Shown here: positions 11,601 to 24,387 of the stretch, piece after piece
Layout of the letters: each line of letters opens with the position of its first letter
Position numbering within the stretch: the first letter of the stretch is position 1
Assembly: GCA_002269645.1 (NCBI GenBank)
Contig: NIVC01000406.1
Coordinates: 260,724 to 324,723 of the forward strand
Direction: 5' to 3'
Length of the DNA: 64,000 nucleotides
Source: Macrostomum lignano
Lineage: Eukaryota
Program-made: the position numbers and the translations under genes
Notes under the pieces: generated by a model
Database searches by the model: none
The model's input: only the letters and a program-made list of their open reading frames with translations
Told to the model about the DNA's origin: nothing

Positions 11601-14600
11601 TCCTGTCAGGGTTATGGGATTTCCTGTCAGTGTTGTGGGAATTCCTGTCAGGGTTATGGGATTTCCTGTCAGTGTTGTGGGAATTCCTGTCAGGGTTATG
11701 GGATTTCCTTTCAGGGTTGTGGGAATTCCTGTCAGGATTGTGGGAATTCCTGTCAGGGTTATGGGAATTCCTGTCAGGGTTATGGGATTTCCTGTCAGGG
11801 TTGTGGGAATTCCTGTCAGGGTTGTTGGAATTCCTGTCAGGGTTGTGGGAATTCCTGTCAGGGTTGTTGGGTCTCCTGTCGGTTGTGGGAATTCCTGTCA
11901 GTGTTGTGGGAATTCCTGTCAGGGTTGTGGGAATTCCTGTCAGTGTTGTTGGAATTCCTGTCAGGGTTGTGGGAATTCCTGTCAGGGTTGTTGGGTCTCC
12001 TGTCGGTTGTGGGATTTCCTGTCAGTGTTGTGGGAATTCCTGTCAGGGTTATGGGATTTCCTGTCAGTGTTGTGGGAATTCCTGTCAGGGTTATGGGAAT
12101 ACCTGTCAGGGTTGTGGGAATTCCTGTCAGGGTTGTGGGAATTCCTGTCAGGGTTGTGGGAATTCCTGTCAGGGTTGTTGGAATTCCTGTCAGGATTGTG
12201 GAATCTCCTGTTTGCATTGAGATTTCGTGTCATTATAGTGGAATTTTCCAGTCAATATTCTAATTGCAATGAATTGACTCTCCATTTCTCAATGCCGCCG
12301 CCCGCTCGCAGGTGCAAACTCGCATGGCAGATATCGGAGGCCGGGTGCTGCCGGCTCCCAAGATCCAATACGGCGGCCGGTCCAAGGCGCAGGCGCTGCC
12401 GCAGCAGGGGGTCTGGGACATGCGCGGCAAGCAGTTCTTTGCCGGCATCGAGATCAAAGTGTGGGCCATCGCCTGCTTCGCTCCGCAGCGCACAGTGCGC
12501 GAGGACTCGCTGAGGCAGTTCACCCAGCAGCTGCAGAAGATCAGCCAGGATGCCGGCATGGCCATCACCGGCCAGCCCTGCTTCTGCAAGTACGCCAACG
12601 GCCAGGACCAGGTGGAGCCAATGTTCCGCTACCTGAAGAACAACTTTCACGGCCTGCAGCTCATTGTGGTGGTGCTGCCGGGCAAGACGCCGGTGAGTAG
12701 AATTTATGGGTTTCTGACAAACATTTGAAGATTCCTATTAGATCTCATTAATGCCCTGTCTAGATGATCGCAAGTTGTGCTCCCAGAGTTCACCCATTTG
12801 TGATAGGTTTAGTTGCCAACCTCCATTGTAGCCTAGTGGTTAGAGGTGGGGGTTTCGATTCTCGACCCAGTCGGAACAATTTGTGTCCTTGAGCAAGACA
12901 CTTAACTCTGCATTGCTTCAGTTCACCCAGCTGTAAAGGTCTTGCACCAGAATTAGCTGGGGTAATTGAGGGTGTGGCGACCCCCCAGTCGTTGGACTGA
13001 ACAGCCACACGCAGTCTTCAGATGCGCCATGCAATAGCTGCGGCTGAGCTGTCGGTTGCACTTCTGCCATTAGGACAGGTTTAATGACGATTAGAAAGTC
13101 AGGGTCGCTGTACACCCTCTGGGAGCGTGTGCATGAGTCCTGCTGGGCTGGAGTCGTAGAATCGCTAATCTAAATAAATGCTCTCTGACACATGGTGGGG
13201 GCAAATCACCAGGTGTACGCCGAGGTCAAGCGAGTGGGCGACATCCTGTTCGGCTTGGCCACTCAGTGCGTGCAGGCTAAGAACGTGATCAAGACTTCGC
13301 CGCAGACGCTCAGCAATCTCTGCCTGAAGATCAACGTCAAACTAGGCGGCATCAACTCCATCCTGGTGCCGGGCGTTCGTCCGGGCGTCTTCCGCGAGCC
13401 CGTCATCTTCATGGGCGGCGACGTGACCCACCCGCCGGCCGGCGACCGCTCCAAGCCGTCCATCGCAGCTGTGGTGGCCAGCATGGACGCCCACCCCAGC
13501 CGGTACGCGGCCACTGTCCGAGTTCAGGGCCATCGGGAAGAGAAAATCACCGAGCTGACCGCCATGGTCCGCGAACTGCTGCTGCACTTCTATAGGAGCA
13601 CCCGGTTCAAGCCGACCAGGATTGTGTACTACAGGGACGGAGTGAGCGAGGGCCAGTTCCAGGTGAGCATTTTACCTGGGCTTAAAAGTCTGCAATCTTG
13701 TAGGCATGCGTCTGAATCCAGGTAGATTTTTGTTATCTGACATGACTGAAAAATATGTTTGCGACACTGGAAGCCTGCTGGAAACCCTGATGTCTTTTGG
13801 AAACCCCGGTCGCCTGCTGGAAACCCCGGTCGCCTGCTGAAAACCCTGGATGTCTTTTGGAAACCCCAGTTGTCTGCTGGAAACCCTGGATGACTTTTGG
13901 AAACCCCGGTCGCCTGCTGGAAACCCTGGATGACTTTTGGAAACCCCGGTCGCCTGCTGGAAACCCTGGATGACTTTTGGAAACCCCGGTTGCCTGCTGG
14001 AAACCCAGGGTTAGAATAGCCACAGTCCCAAAATGCCTTCCCGCAACCATCTGCACACGTCATCACCACCCTCGTCAGGTGGTCCAGTCCCACGAGCTGC
14101 GCGCCATCCGGGAGGCCTGCACCCGCCTGGAGATGGGCTACCAGCCCGGCATCACCTTTGTTGTGGTGCAGAAGCGCCACCACACCCGCCTGTTCTGCGC
14201 CGACACCAAAGACCGAATGGGCCGCAGCGGCAACATCCCGGCCGGCACCACGGTGGATCAGACCATCACGCATCCCACCGAGTTCGATTTCTACCTGTGC
14301 AGCCACGCTGGCATTCAGGTGAGTCTAGCTTTGGATAGCTTAGCCCTCCAGTCTCTCACTGAGAGTCGCCCTCCAGTCTCTCACTGAGAGTCGCCCTCCA
14401 GTCTCTCACTGAGAGTCGCCCTCCAGTCTCACTGAGAGTCGCCCTCCAGTCTCTCACTGAGAGTCGCCCTCCAGTCTCACTGAGAGTCGCCCTCCAGTCT
14501 CTCACTGAGAGTCGCCCTCCAGTCTCTCACTGAGAGTCGTCCTCCAGTCTCACTGAGAGTCGCCCTCCAGTATCTCACTGAGAGTCGCCCTCCAGTCTCA

Positions 14601-15097
14601 CTGAGAGTCGCCCTCCAGTCTCACTGAGAGTCGCCCTCCAGTCTCACTGAGAGTCGCCCTCCAGTCTCACTGAGAGTCGCCCTCCAGTCTCACTGAGAGT
14701 CGCCCTCCAGTCTCACTGAGAGTCGCCCTCCAGTCTCACTGAGAGTCGCCCTTCAGTCTCACTGAGAGTCGCCCGATCCGCTCCGCAGGGCACGAGCCGA
14801 CCCTCGCACTATCACGTGCTGTGGGACGATAACCGGTTCACGGCTGACGAGCTGCAGGTGCTGACGTACCAGCTGTGCCACACCTACGTCCGCTGCACCC
14901 GCTCCGTGAGCATCCCGGCCCCAGCCTACTATGCTCACCTGGTGGCCTTTCGAGCTCGCTACCACCTGGTTGAGAAGGAGATCGACTCGGGCGAGGGCTC
15001 GCAGAAGAGCGGCAACTCTGACGAGCGGACCCCCACGGCAATGCTGCGGGCGGTCACGGTGCACCCGGAGACCATGCGGGTGATGTACTTTGCCTGA
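5618..15097 (+). CDS. AGO2: Argonaute (AGO clade, miRNA/siRNA type), ~970 aa, 9 coding exons
   Basis: Exons 5618-5726 (inferred; ends A|GTAAGT and joins TG at 8321 to give in-frame ATG), 8321-8922, 10108-10443, 10542-10814, 10922-11134, 12312-12692, 13213-13662, 14079-14318, 14789-15097. All GT-AG and in frame, 2913 nt total. N/L1 ([18 protein letters not shown]), PAZ ([17 protein letters not shown]), MID ([14 protein letters not shown]), PIWI ([33 protein letters not shown]-stop). The symbol means AGO1/2-type, not strict orthology. Confidence 0.97.
6709..7314. mobile_element. MITE-like element in AGO intron 1 (8-bp TSD)
   Basis: Direct repeat gtggaagc at 6701-6708 and 7315-7322. A 30-bp inverted repeat at 6716-6745 and 7278-7307 has one mismatch. 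The interior is AT-rich. Confidence 0.7.
8949..10061. repeat. 40-bp minisatellite (~28 copies) filling AGO intron 2
   Basis: Unit ggctagattagcaatccattctattcctgcatccatgata. Confidence 0.97.
11353..12205. repeat. 21-bp minisatellite (~40 copies) in AGO intron 5
   Basis: Unit ggttgtgggaattcctgtcag; explains the long repetitive ORFs at 11300-12513. Confidence 0.95.
12805..13095 (+). mobile_element. tRNA-derived SINE in AGO intron 6
   Basis: A-box-like tagcctagtggttaga and B-box-like gtttcgattc. The core gtgtccttgagcaagacacttaactc is shared with copies at ~1.3 kb and ~52.6 kb. Confidence 0.75.
13768..14008. repeat. 20/21-bp alternating minisatellite in AGO intron 7
   Basis: Units ggaaaccccggtcgcctgct and ggaaaccctggatgacttt. 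Confidence 0.9.
14343..14773. repeat. 23/25-bp minisatellite (~18 copies) in AGO intron 8
   Basis: Unit ccctccagtct(ct)cactgagagtcg; the longer variant contains the palindrome ctctca-c-tgagag. Confidence 0.95.
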
Positions 15098-15704
15098 TGC
15101 GCTGCTCTGGGCAGCTGGAATGCTCAACATATCCCATTGTTATTAACTTATCTCGGTTTTTTTACCTGCATTCCCTCAGTTTTTTTATTATGCGAAAAAT
15201 TAAGCTGCAATTTGAAAACGAAAGCATTCTTGGTTATTCATCTTGTCTGCGGTTTTTTATATGCATTAATTTTATTGTCAATAACATTTATTAATAGTCA
15301 ATTTGCGCAATAGTTATGTCTCTGTATTCCCGTCTGTCCATGTCCGGTTGTCCCTGTGTTTTTTTGTTTATTCCTTTTAATTTATGCATTGTTTTCCCAA
15401 TGGCTTACAGTTTTTACAATATAAGCGCGTTGAACTTATTTGTACCATTTTCTTATTGATGCGAGATCTCTGGCTGCTGAGGCCCGCATGTCAGCTGTTG
15501 ATCATTGTAGGCTGGCAGCTTTGTTTGTCTGCTCGTTTAACTTTAAATATATACTCGTACTTTGTTCTGCTGCTGCTCTGGGCGAGATTAATTACAGCTG
15601 CTGATTATGCTGTCACAGTATCCTAAATTCATTGTCTGCTTTGTTTTCATGTTTATTTGGCGCTGATATCAATTATGATCACTACCGGTCATAGACTCAC
15701 TGAC

Positions 15705-16010
15705 ACCCTGAATCACTGACACCCTGACTCACTGACACCCTGACTCACTACTGACACCCTGACTCACTGACACCCTGACTCACTACTGACACCCTGACTC
15801 ACTGACACCCTGACTCACTGACACCCTGACTCACTGACACCCTGACTCACTGACATCCTGACTTACTGACATCCTGACTCACTGACACCCTGACTCACTG
15901 ACACCCTGACTCACTGACACCCTGACTCACTACTGACATCCTGACTCACTGACACCCTGACTCACTGACACCCTGACTCACTACTGACATCCTGACTCAC
16001 TGACACCCTC
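15705..16010. repeat. 16/19-bp minisatellite between the convergent AGO and ARHGEF10 3' ends
   Basis: Unit ctgactcac(tac)tgacacc, ~18 copies. Confidence 0.93.
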
Positions 16011-16231
16011 AGATACAGGAGGATGTCTGCCAGTCTGGCTCACTGCTTCATTGAGTTCAGATTATCGCAAATGCATATTACTTTAGTTTGCTTCTGCTTT
16101 AGTAGAAAATTTCAGGAAATCAAATGGAAGACTTGCAGCCATTGCAGTTTTAATTGCGAAATCAAAATGGGAATTAGCAGTCTGGATAAAAGTACAGAGT
16201 TCGGTTGGTCTTGCACAGCCCTGGCACTAGG

Positions 16232-19200
16232 CTAGGATGTCGAGTAAAAGGCCATCAGGCTGGCGCCCTCCTCCCCGGGGCACTGCGGCCGGTGCAGCAT
16301 GTCCCGGTAGCCCGGGCCGAAGGACACCACGATTTCCGGCCCGACCCGCCCGATGGCAGCAGCCGCCGCGTCCACGACGTCGTTCACCGCCTCCTCTTCC
16401 TCTATGTCGCTGAGCTTCTCGTCCTCTGCCCCGACTACTGAAGAAGCTTCAGCAGCGTCGCCAAAGTCAATGTCCACCAGGTGGGAGCAGCCAGAGTCCA
16501 GCTGCAGCAGCGAGCCGTACAGCTTCCGCACATCCGTCTCTGGCGTGTGCAGCTGCTGGTTGCGCAGCCGTTCGCTGATCAGCAGGTTGGGGTTCGATGC
16601 CCAGCGTTGCATGTTCGGCGCCACCGACACCCTGGCCACGGCGGTTGACTTTCGACGTATAGCTGCGGCGGCGGCATCATCGGCGGCATCGGCTGCTTCG
16701 GCTTCGTCGACGACCATCTTCAGTCGGTAGAGGCCGCTGGTGGAGCCGGAGCTGTCCAGCCCGCCGGAGGACTCCGCGTCAGATGGCGTTGCCGCCCGTC
16801 CGTCTGCCTCGCCGGCGCCCGGCTCCGACTCCGCCTCCTGCTCGTCGAAGGTGACGGTGGACACGACTGTGTCCTTGATGTTCCTGTAGGTGAGCAGCGC
16901 CGTGATCGGGCCGCGGTGCGAGTGGCAGCAGATCAGTGGCGGACCGAAGGCCACGGGGACTCCGCCGTCGAGTCGGGGCGTCCTGAGCAGGTACAGCAGG
17001 CCGACCGAGGTGCCGACCCAGAGCAGACCTCGGGTCACGGCCACGGCGGTGGCGGCCGGCACCGTGCTCTCCGGATGGCGGTGCGTCTTGGCGTTGACCT
17101 TAGCGAAGGCGGGCCGGATGTCGAAGGTCTGCACCAGGCGCATGTCCGGCCGGTAGTACAGCCGCACGTACGGCCGGTTCTCAAAGCAGACCCAGAGGCC
17201 CTCGCCAGCCAGCAGGAAGCTGCGCACGTGACCACCGCCGCTGCCGCCCATCTTCGTGGCCTCATCGTTGTCGTCCGCGTCCTCCAGCGACAGGTCGGTG
17301 CGGCTGAGTTGACGCAGGCTCTCCAGGCCGAGGGAGATGATGCAGGGCCCGCTGCTCATCAGCAGCTGCTGGCCGTCTTGACTGACGGTGAGGTTTCGCA
17401 GCGGCCAGTCGGCGATGCTCTGCACCTCCGGGTCCTGCAGGTTCCAGTTGCCCAGCAGGTTCTGGTTGAAGCACAGCAGGTTGCCGCTGACGTCGCCGCA
17501 GTAGATGCTCTTGTCCCAGCACAGCATGCTGGTCACCGTGGCGGGCACGTCAACTTTCTTGCGAGGCTCGCGGCGCTTCGACTCAACGGTGCTGTGCAGG
17601 AAGATCTCGGCCGTGTCCGTGGCCATCCACACCTCGTCCTCCTTGTTCTGGCTGGAGGTCGGGCAGCCGGGCACCACCGCGGCTGCCGTCACGTAGGCGT
17701 CCACCGGGCGGAAAGTCTCCGTCATCTCCAGGCTCTGGTTGTAGAGTGAAAACACCGCCACGCTGCCGTCACTGGCCGCGCACCAGATGTGCGTCTTCAG
17801 GATGCTGCCGTTGAGCAGGCACACCGGGGTGGCGCAGGTCACCTGCGGTATTGCCCGGAGTCGGCTATTTTGGCTAAATCTTCTGCTATTTTCTCTCCCC
17901 ACTAGCAAATGTACATCTACGGCTATTTTCTCTGCTCCCTGGCAAATGTACATCTTCAGCTACTTTCTCTTCCACTAGCAAATGTACATCTGCGGCTATT
18001 TTCTCTCCCCCTAGCAATTGTACATCTTCGGCTATTTTCTCTCCCCCCTAGCAAATGTACATCTGCGGCTATTTTCTCTGCTCCCTGGCAAATGTACATC
18101 TGCTACTATTTTCTCCCCCTAGCAAATGTACATCTTCGGCTATTTTCTCTCCCCCTGGCAAATGTACATCTGCGGCTATTTTCTCTGCTCTCTGGAAAAT
18201 GTACATCTGCTACTATTTTCTCTCCCCCTAGCAAATGTACATCTGCGGCTATTTTCTCTGCTCCCTGGCAAATGTACATCTGCTACTATTTTCTCCCCCT
18301 AGCAAATGTACATCTTCGGCTATTTTCTCTCCCCCCTGGCAAATGTACATCTGCGGCTATTTTCTCTGCTCTCTGGAAAATGTACATCTGCTACTATTTT
18401 CTCTCCCCCTAGCAAATGTACATCTGCGGCTATTTTCTCTGCTCCCTGGCAAATGTACATCTGCTACTATTTTCTCCCCCTAGCAAATGTACATCTTCGG
18501 CTATTTTCTCTCCCCCCCTGGCAAATGTACACCTGCGGCTATTTTCTCCCCCTAGCAAATGTACATCTGCGGCTATTTTCTCCCCCTTAGCAAATGTACA
18601 TCTTCGGCTATTTTCTCTGCTCCCTGGCAAATGTACATCTGCTACTATTTTCTCCCCCTAGCAAATGTACATCTGCTACTATTTTCTCCCCCTAGCAAAT
18701 GTACATCTTCGGCTATTTTCTCTCCTCCCTGGCAAATGTACATCTTCGGCTATTTTCTCCCCCTAGCAAATGTACATCTTCGGCTATTTTCTCCTCCCTA
18801 GAAAATTTTCTCAAAAAAGCGTTCGCACTGCAAACCCGCGTAGCCCCCAGCAGCCCACCTGGAACATCGACCTGCTCAGGTCGCACGCCTTGACGCCAAC
18901 CAGCAGCGGCGTCCGCTGATGCGACTGCAGGCCCAAGTCGTCCAGCATCTCGGTGATCCACGCCGCATTGTTCTCCGGCTGCAGGGCCAGCCTCAGGATG
19001 GTGAACTCGCTGGTCCAGTCGTCTCTGGCCCTGCTGTTGCGCATGTCGAACGCTTTCCTGCTGATCGACTGGCTGACTTCACCGCCGCCGCCGCCGCCGA
19101 GGATGCCCCGTCTGACGGTGAGCGCCAGCACGGTGCCCTGGGCCACGCGCAGCTCCTCGTTCTTCTGCTGGATGGCCACCTGCATGTTGCCAAGCAGCGC

Positions 19201-22200
19201 CTGCAGCCGGTCCTCCCGCACGTCCGGGTAAATGAAGTTGAGAGTGGAGACCAGGCTGAGGATCTTCACCAGGACCGCGTGATCGTGCAGCAGGCTGTGC
19301 AGGCTGTTGTAGATCTCCTCCAGCTCTTCTGGCACCTCCGTGCTGCGCTGCGACACAATCCTCAGGTAGTTGCTGACCTCCTCCAGATTCACCTGTCGCG
19401 AATGGGTTGGCGAACTTTGATCAGTTCCCTGTTTTGCGCCTTTTGAGGATGCCAACTTAGTCAGGAAGTCATCAGTAATCACCAAGACTGCAAACAGAGC
19501 CATCCGCTGATAGTCCTGCTTCCATTTTCAGAGTGGATTGGTTGAACATCCCCTCTGATGCCACTTTCTCAAATTGCCGGTTAGGCAAAATACAGTTTAG
19601 TCACGAGAAGCTGGCATATTCCAATGCTTTGCCCCCCCCCCACCCAACCTTGTGATTCGTTAGGGAAATCAATAATTCCATAATAATTCCATATGAGTGC
19701 CTGTGACGCCAAAATGAGTGCCTGTGGCGCCAAAATTATTGTCTGTGGCGCTAAAATCATTGCCTGTGGCTCCAAAATGATTGCCTGCGGCGCCAAAATG
19801 AGTGCCTGCGGCGCCAAAATGAGTGCCTTCGGCGCCAAAATGAGTCCCTCGGCGACAAAATGAGTGCCTGCGGCGCCAAAATGAGTGCCTGCGGCGCCAA
19901 AATGAGTGCCTGCGGCACTAAAATGAGTGCCTGCAACGCCAAAATGAGTGCCTGCGGCGCCAAAATGAGTGCCTTCGGCGCCAAAATGAGTGCCTGCGGC
20001 GCCAAAATGAGTGCCTGCGGCGCCAAAATGAGTGCTTGCGACGCCAAAATGAGTGCCTGCGGCGCCAAAATGAGTGCCTTCGGCGCCAAAATGAGTGCCT
20101 GCGGCGCCAAAATGAGTGCCTGCGGCGCCAAAATGAGTGCCTGCGACGCCAAAATGAGTGCCTGCGGCGCCAAAATGAGTGCCTGCGGCGCCAAAATTAG
20201 AGCCTGCGGCGCCAAAATGAGTGCCTGCGGCGCCAAAATAAGTTCCTGCGACGCCAAAATAAGCGCTGACAACACCAATTCTGAAAATAATGTACACGTA
20301 CGTGTAGAATTCTTAGTTCGGTCCCCCACCACCATAAAATCCATAGCGACTCCCCTGGAAGTTGCTGACTGCAAACTGAACTAAAATTCAATTCGAACAG
20401 ACCTTCATGTCAGGCGTTAGCGAGGTCCCGGACAGGCGGACGTCCTCCAGCTTGGTGTACCACAGCAGCTCCTGTGGGCCGCCGCGGCGCCTGGCTCCTG
20501 TGCAGAGGACATAGTAGGTCGTCAGGATGATCCGCATGCCGCCCGCGTGCTGCTGCTGCCGGTCTGCCCGGAGCTCGCTGACGTCATCCTCGCGGACGAT
20601 GCGGATTCGCGAGTTCTTCAGCGCCGACTTGGAGTGGACGCCCAGGGCGCGGAGCATCTGGCGCGCCGAGATGAGCTGCTCGCTGTCGCGTTTGATGTCG
20701 TTGAGCTGGCTGGCCAGGTGCTCGATCTGAGTCTGCGCGTACAGCAGGTCGTACCGGTCAGGATGGTCGGGCTCCGTGTACTTCAGCAGGTCCTTGACCA
20801 CCAGCAGCAGCTGGGGAAAGCGCTGCACCGGACGCACCAGGATGCCCAGCAGAGGCAGCTTGTGCGAACTGCGCCGCTGCGCCGTGCCGAGGAAGCTGGC
20901 GAACGGCGCGTTGTCCTTCATCTGGCGCCTGACGAGCTCCAGGCCGCGCGGATACGTGTTGATGAAGGCGGCGTAGGTCTTCAGCACCAGGCTCTTGGAA
21001 AAGGAGGCGGTCAGGATGTGGCCAACCTGCTCGTTGGTGTCCCAGGACAGGGCGGCGGCGTGCAGCGAGATCTGCAGGATGCGGTGGATCTGGTGCAGCT
21101 CGCGCACCTGGGGACGGGGAATTGCGCTTGTTTACTGCTTCTGCAACTGTTGCTGCTATTGCTTCTTATTGCTACTGCTATTGCTACTATACTACTGCTA
21201 CTGCTACTTCTTCTGCTACTGCTACTGCTATTGCTACTGCTATTGCTACTATACTACTGCTACTGCTACTTCTTCTGCTACTGCTACTGCTATTGCTACT
21301 GCTACTGCTACTGCTATTGCTACTGCTACTGCTATTGCTACTGCGGACAACCTTGTAGAAGATCAGTCTGGTGGCTCTCCTCGGCAGGAGCTTGGGCTTG
21401 TGCTTCAGCAGCGGCTGCTCGTACACATCCAGCAGCTCCCTCAGCGAAGCCAGGTAGGAAGCCTCGGTGGCCAGGAGGCTCTCGAAAACCTTCCGCCGCT
21501 TCAGCCGATTGCCAGCAAGACCCTCAGGCTGTGGCGGCAGCACCGCTGGCGGGTGCTTCGTGTCGCTGATGTTCACGTCGATGTACTCGCTGAGGCCTGC
21601 CGCGGTAGCTGTCGATGCGGCCGACTTTGCCGTTGATCGTCCGCCGCCGCCGCCGCCGCCGCTGCTGCTGCTTGCTGGCCGGCCGGACATGACGGCGGCC
21701 GCTGCAGCAGCCGCTGAACGCCAGGCGCCGATGCGACTGCCGCCGCCTCCGTCAGCGGTGTCGATCGGCACCTCCTCGAAGTCGCTCGCGGGACTCTCCG
21801 AGCGTCGCCCAGGTCCACTGCCGTCACCTCCGCCCCCGTCACTCTCCTCGTCTTCGGTGAAGTCGCTGAACACCTGGCTGACGAGTCGGCTGTTGCCCCT
21901 AGAAGAAGCGGCTTCATCGTCTGCAGCTGGCGCCTGCTGCGGCTCGTCCTGGATGCTCGCCACGTTGCTCACGCACAGGAGGCCCGGCGGCGGCTGCGGC
22001 TGCTGCGGCGGTGGCGGAGCCTCGTGCGTCTGCATCGACTGAATGGTTGGCGGCGCAGGCGGGGCGGTGGTGTAATATGCCGAGCGATAGTTCAAGGCCT
22101 CGCAGCTGCCGCGGACGTTGAAGCCGCCGCCGACGGCCCCGAAGCTGAAGCTGCCCGGGACGCGGAACTGCAGCTCCTGCTCGAGGCGGCGCACCTTCTC

Positions 22201-22221
22201 CTGCATGCTCAGCTGGTCCAT
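16232..22221 (-). CDS. ARHGEF10: Rho guanine nucleotide exchange factor 10-like (DH, PH-like, coiled coil, WD40-like propeller), ~1239 aa
   Basis: Exons 22221-21352, 21107-20403, 19392-18859, 17842-16232, all phase-0 GT-AG. DH domain motifs RRKVFESLLATEASYLASL and LVRPVQRFPQLLLVVKDLLKYT. Family-type motifs YNSLHSLLHDHAVLVKI and LALQPENNAAW...PLLVG. Propeller LWVGTSVG. The true 5' end may be further upstream (acceptor at 22276). Confidence 0.9.
17880..18800. repeat. ~33-36-bp minisatellite in ARHGEF10 intron 3
   Basis: Unit tagcaaatgtacatctgcggctattttctctcccc with variants. Confidence 0.95.
19700..20260. repeat. 21-bp minisatellite in ARHGEF10 intron 2
   Basis: Unit ggcgccaaaatgagtgcctgc. 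Confidence 0.95.
21130..21345. repeat. (TAC/TGC/TAT) trinucleotide microsatellite in ARHGEF10 intron 1
   Basis: ctactgctactgctattg runs lying between the donor (21351) and acceptor (21108). Confidence 0.92.
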
Positions 22222-22763
22222 TGGCTCGGTTTGTACTGTGGCTGGCCGGCTGACTTTCCACTCCGAGCTGCCCGCCTGCCAGTTTAAAAACGGGGCTCTA
22301 TCTGGGGCCAGCGATCAGTAGATAAGCGGGTGCGCGCGCCAGGTACGAATCTTGTAGCCATGGATAGTGTGTTCCAAAATGCTAGCCTTGAAAGTCGGGC
22401 TTTTGCATTAAGGCAAATGCGCTGTGTTGCTTGTGCCTCTCGCAGCCCTGCTTATCCTCCCCTGTTATCTGCCTGTCTGCCTGCCTCAACTTCATCCTGA
22501 TTTTCGCAACGTTTTCCGCTGACAATAACAAACTAAATAATTGAATGACTACCCGATCTGGCCTACTGAGTTGGGCAATTGTCAGTAGTATATATTGAAA
22601 ACTGATTTTCAATTTCTTCTGTGGGGGCAAAATTTTCCGTGCTTTTTTATAGGCACTCATTTAAGCATGTCCTGGCCTTTTCGTGAGATGCATTGAGAGC
22701 GAATATTAAGATTGAAAGAAAAGGGAGATACGATGTTAAAAAGTGGTCATTAAAGGGACATGA

Positions 22764-24387
22764 GTTAGAGAAGTAGTCAGTAGAGATCGAGACAGGGGTT
22801 GGACAAGTAGTCAGTAGAGGGAGACAGGGGTTAGAGAAGTAGTAAGTAGAGGGAGACAGGGGTTAGAGAAGTAGTAAGTAGAGGGAGACAGGGGTTAGAG
22901 AAGTAGTAAGTAGAGGGAGACAGGGGTTAGAGAAGTAGTAAGTAGAGGGAGACAGGGGTTAGAGAAGTAGTAAGTAGAGGGAGACAGGGGTTAGAGAAGT
23001 AGTCAGTAGAGGGAGACAGGGGTTAGAGAAGTAGTCAGTAGAGGGAGACAGGGTTAGAGAAGTAGTCAGTAGAGATCGAGACAGGGGTTGGACAAGTAGT
23101 CAGTAGAGGGAGACAGGGGTTAGAGAAGTAGTAAGTAGAGGGAGACAGGGGTTAGAGAAGTAGTAAGTAGAGGGAGACAGGGGTTAGAGAAGTAGTAAGT
23201 AGAGGGAGACAGGGGTTAGAGAAGTAGTAAGTAGAGGGAGACAGGGGTTAGAGAAGTAGTAAGTAGAGGGAGACAGGGGTTAGAGAAGTAGTAAGTAGAG
23301 GGAGACAGGGGTTAGAGAAGTAGTAAGTAGAGGGAGACAGGGGTTAGAGAAGTAGTCAGTAGAGGGAGACAGGGGTTAGAGAAGTAGTCAGTAGAGGGAG
23401 ACAGGGGTTAGAGAAGTAGTAAGTAGAGGGAGACAGGGGTTAGAGAAGTAGTCAGTAGAGGGAGACAGGGGTTAGAGAAGTAGTAAGTAGAGGGAGACAG
23501 GGGTTAGAGAAGTAGTAAGTAGAGGGAGACAGGGGTTAGAGAAGTAGTCAGTAGAGGGAGACAGGGGTTAGAGAAGTAGTCAGTAGAGGGAGACAGGGGT
23601 TAGAGAAGTAGTCAGTAGAGGGAGACAGGGTTAGAGAAGTAGTCAGTAGAGGGAGACAGGGTTAGAGAAGTAGTCAGTAGAGGGAGACAGGGTTAGAGAA
23701 GAAGTAAGTAGAGGGAGACAGGGTTAGAAAAGTAGTCAGTAGAGGGAGACAGGGTTAGAGAAGTAGTCAGTAGAGAGAGACAGGGGTTAGAGAAGTAGTC
23801 AGTAGAGGGAGACAGGGGTTAAGAGAAGTAGTCAGTAGAGGGAGACAGGGTTAGAGAAGTAGTCAGTAGAGGGAGACAGGGGTTAGAAAAGTAGTCAGTA
23901 GAGGGAGACAGGGTTAGAGAAGAAGTAAGTAGAGGGAGACAGGGGTTAGAGATGTAGTCAGTAGAGGGAGACAGGGTTAGAGAAGTAGTCAGTAGAGAGA
24001 GACAGGGGTTAGAGAAGTAGTCAGTAGAGGGAGACAGGGTTAGAGAAGTAGTCAGTAGAGGGAGACAGGGGTTAGAGAAGTAGTCAGTAGAGATCGAGAC
24101 AGGGGTTGGACAAGTAGTCAGTAGAGGGAGACAGGGGTTAGAGAAGAAGTCAGTAGAGGGAGACAGGGGTTAGAGAAGTAGTCAGTAGAGGGAGACAGGG
24201 GTTGGACAAGTAGTCAGTAGAGGGAGACAGGGGTTAGAGAAGTAGTCAGTAGAGGGAGACAGGGGTTAGAGAAGTAGTCAGTAGAGGGAGACAGGGTTAG
24301 AGAAGTAGTCAGTAGAGGGAGACAGGGTTAGAGAAGTAGTCAGTAGAAGGAGACTGGGTTAGAGAAGTAGTCAGTAGAGGGAGACAG
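22764..24387. repeat. 31/32-bp purine-rich minisatellite (~50 copies)
   Basis: Unit ttagagaagtagtcagtagagggagacagggg. Confidence 0.97.

Noticed and set aside
11300-12513. Long ORFs (306-383 aa) with [14 protein letters not shown] repeats
   Set aside because: They are translations of the 21-bp intronic minisatellite, which lies between valid AGO splice sites.
16916-17749. GC-rich antisense ORFs over ARHGEF10, AGO and USH1G exons
   Set aside because: Expected shadow ORFs from high GC3 codon usage; no independent motifs.
22382-22660. 92-aa ORF as an extra ARHGEF10 5' exon
   Set aside because: No suitable GT donor in phase with the 22276 acceptor and no recognisable motif; left unassigned.
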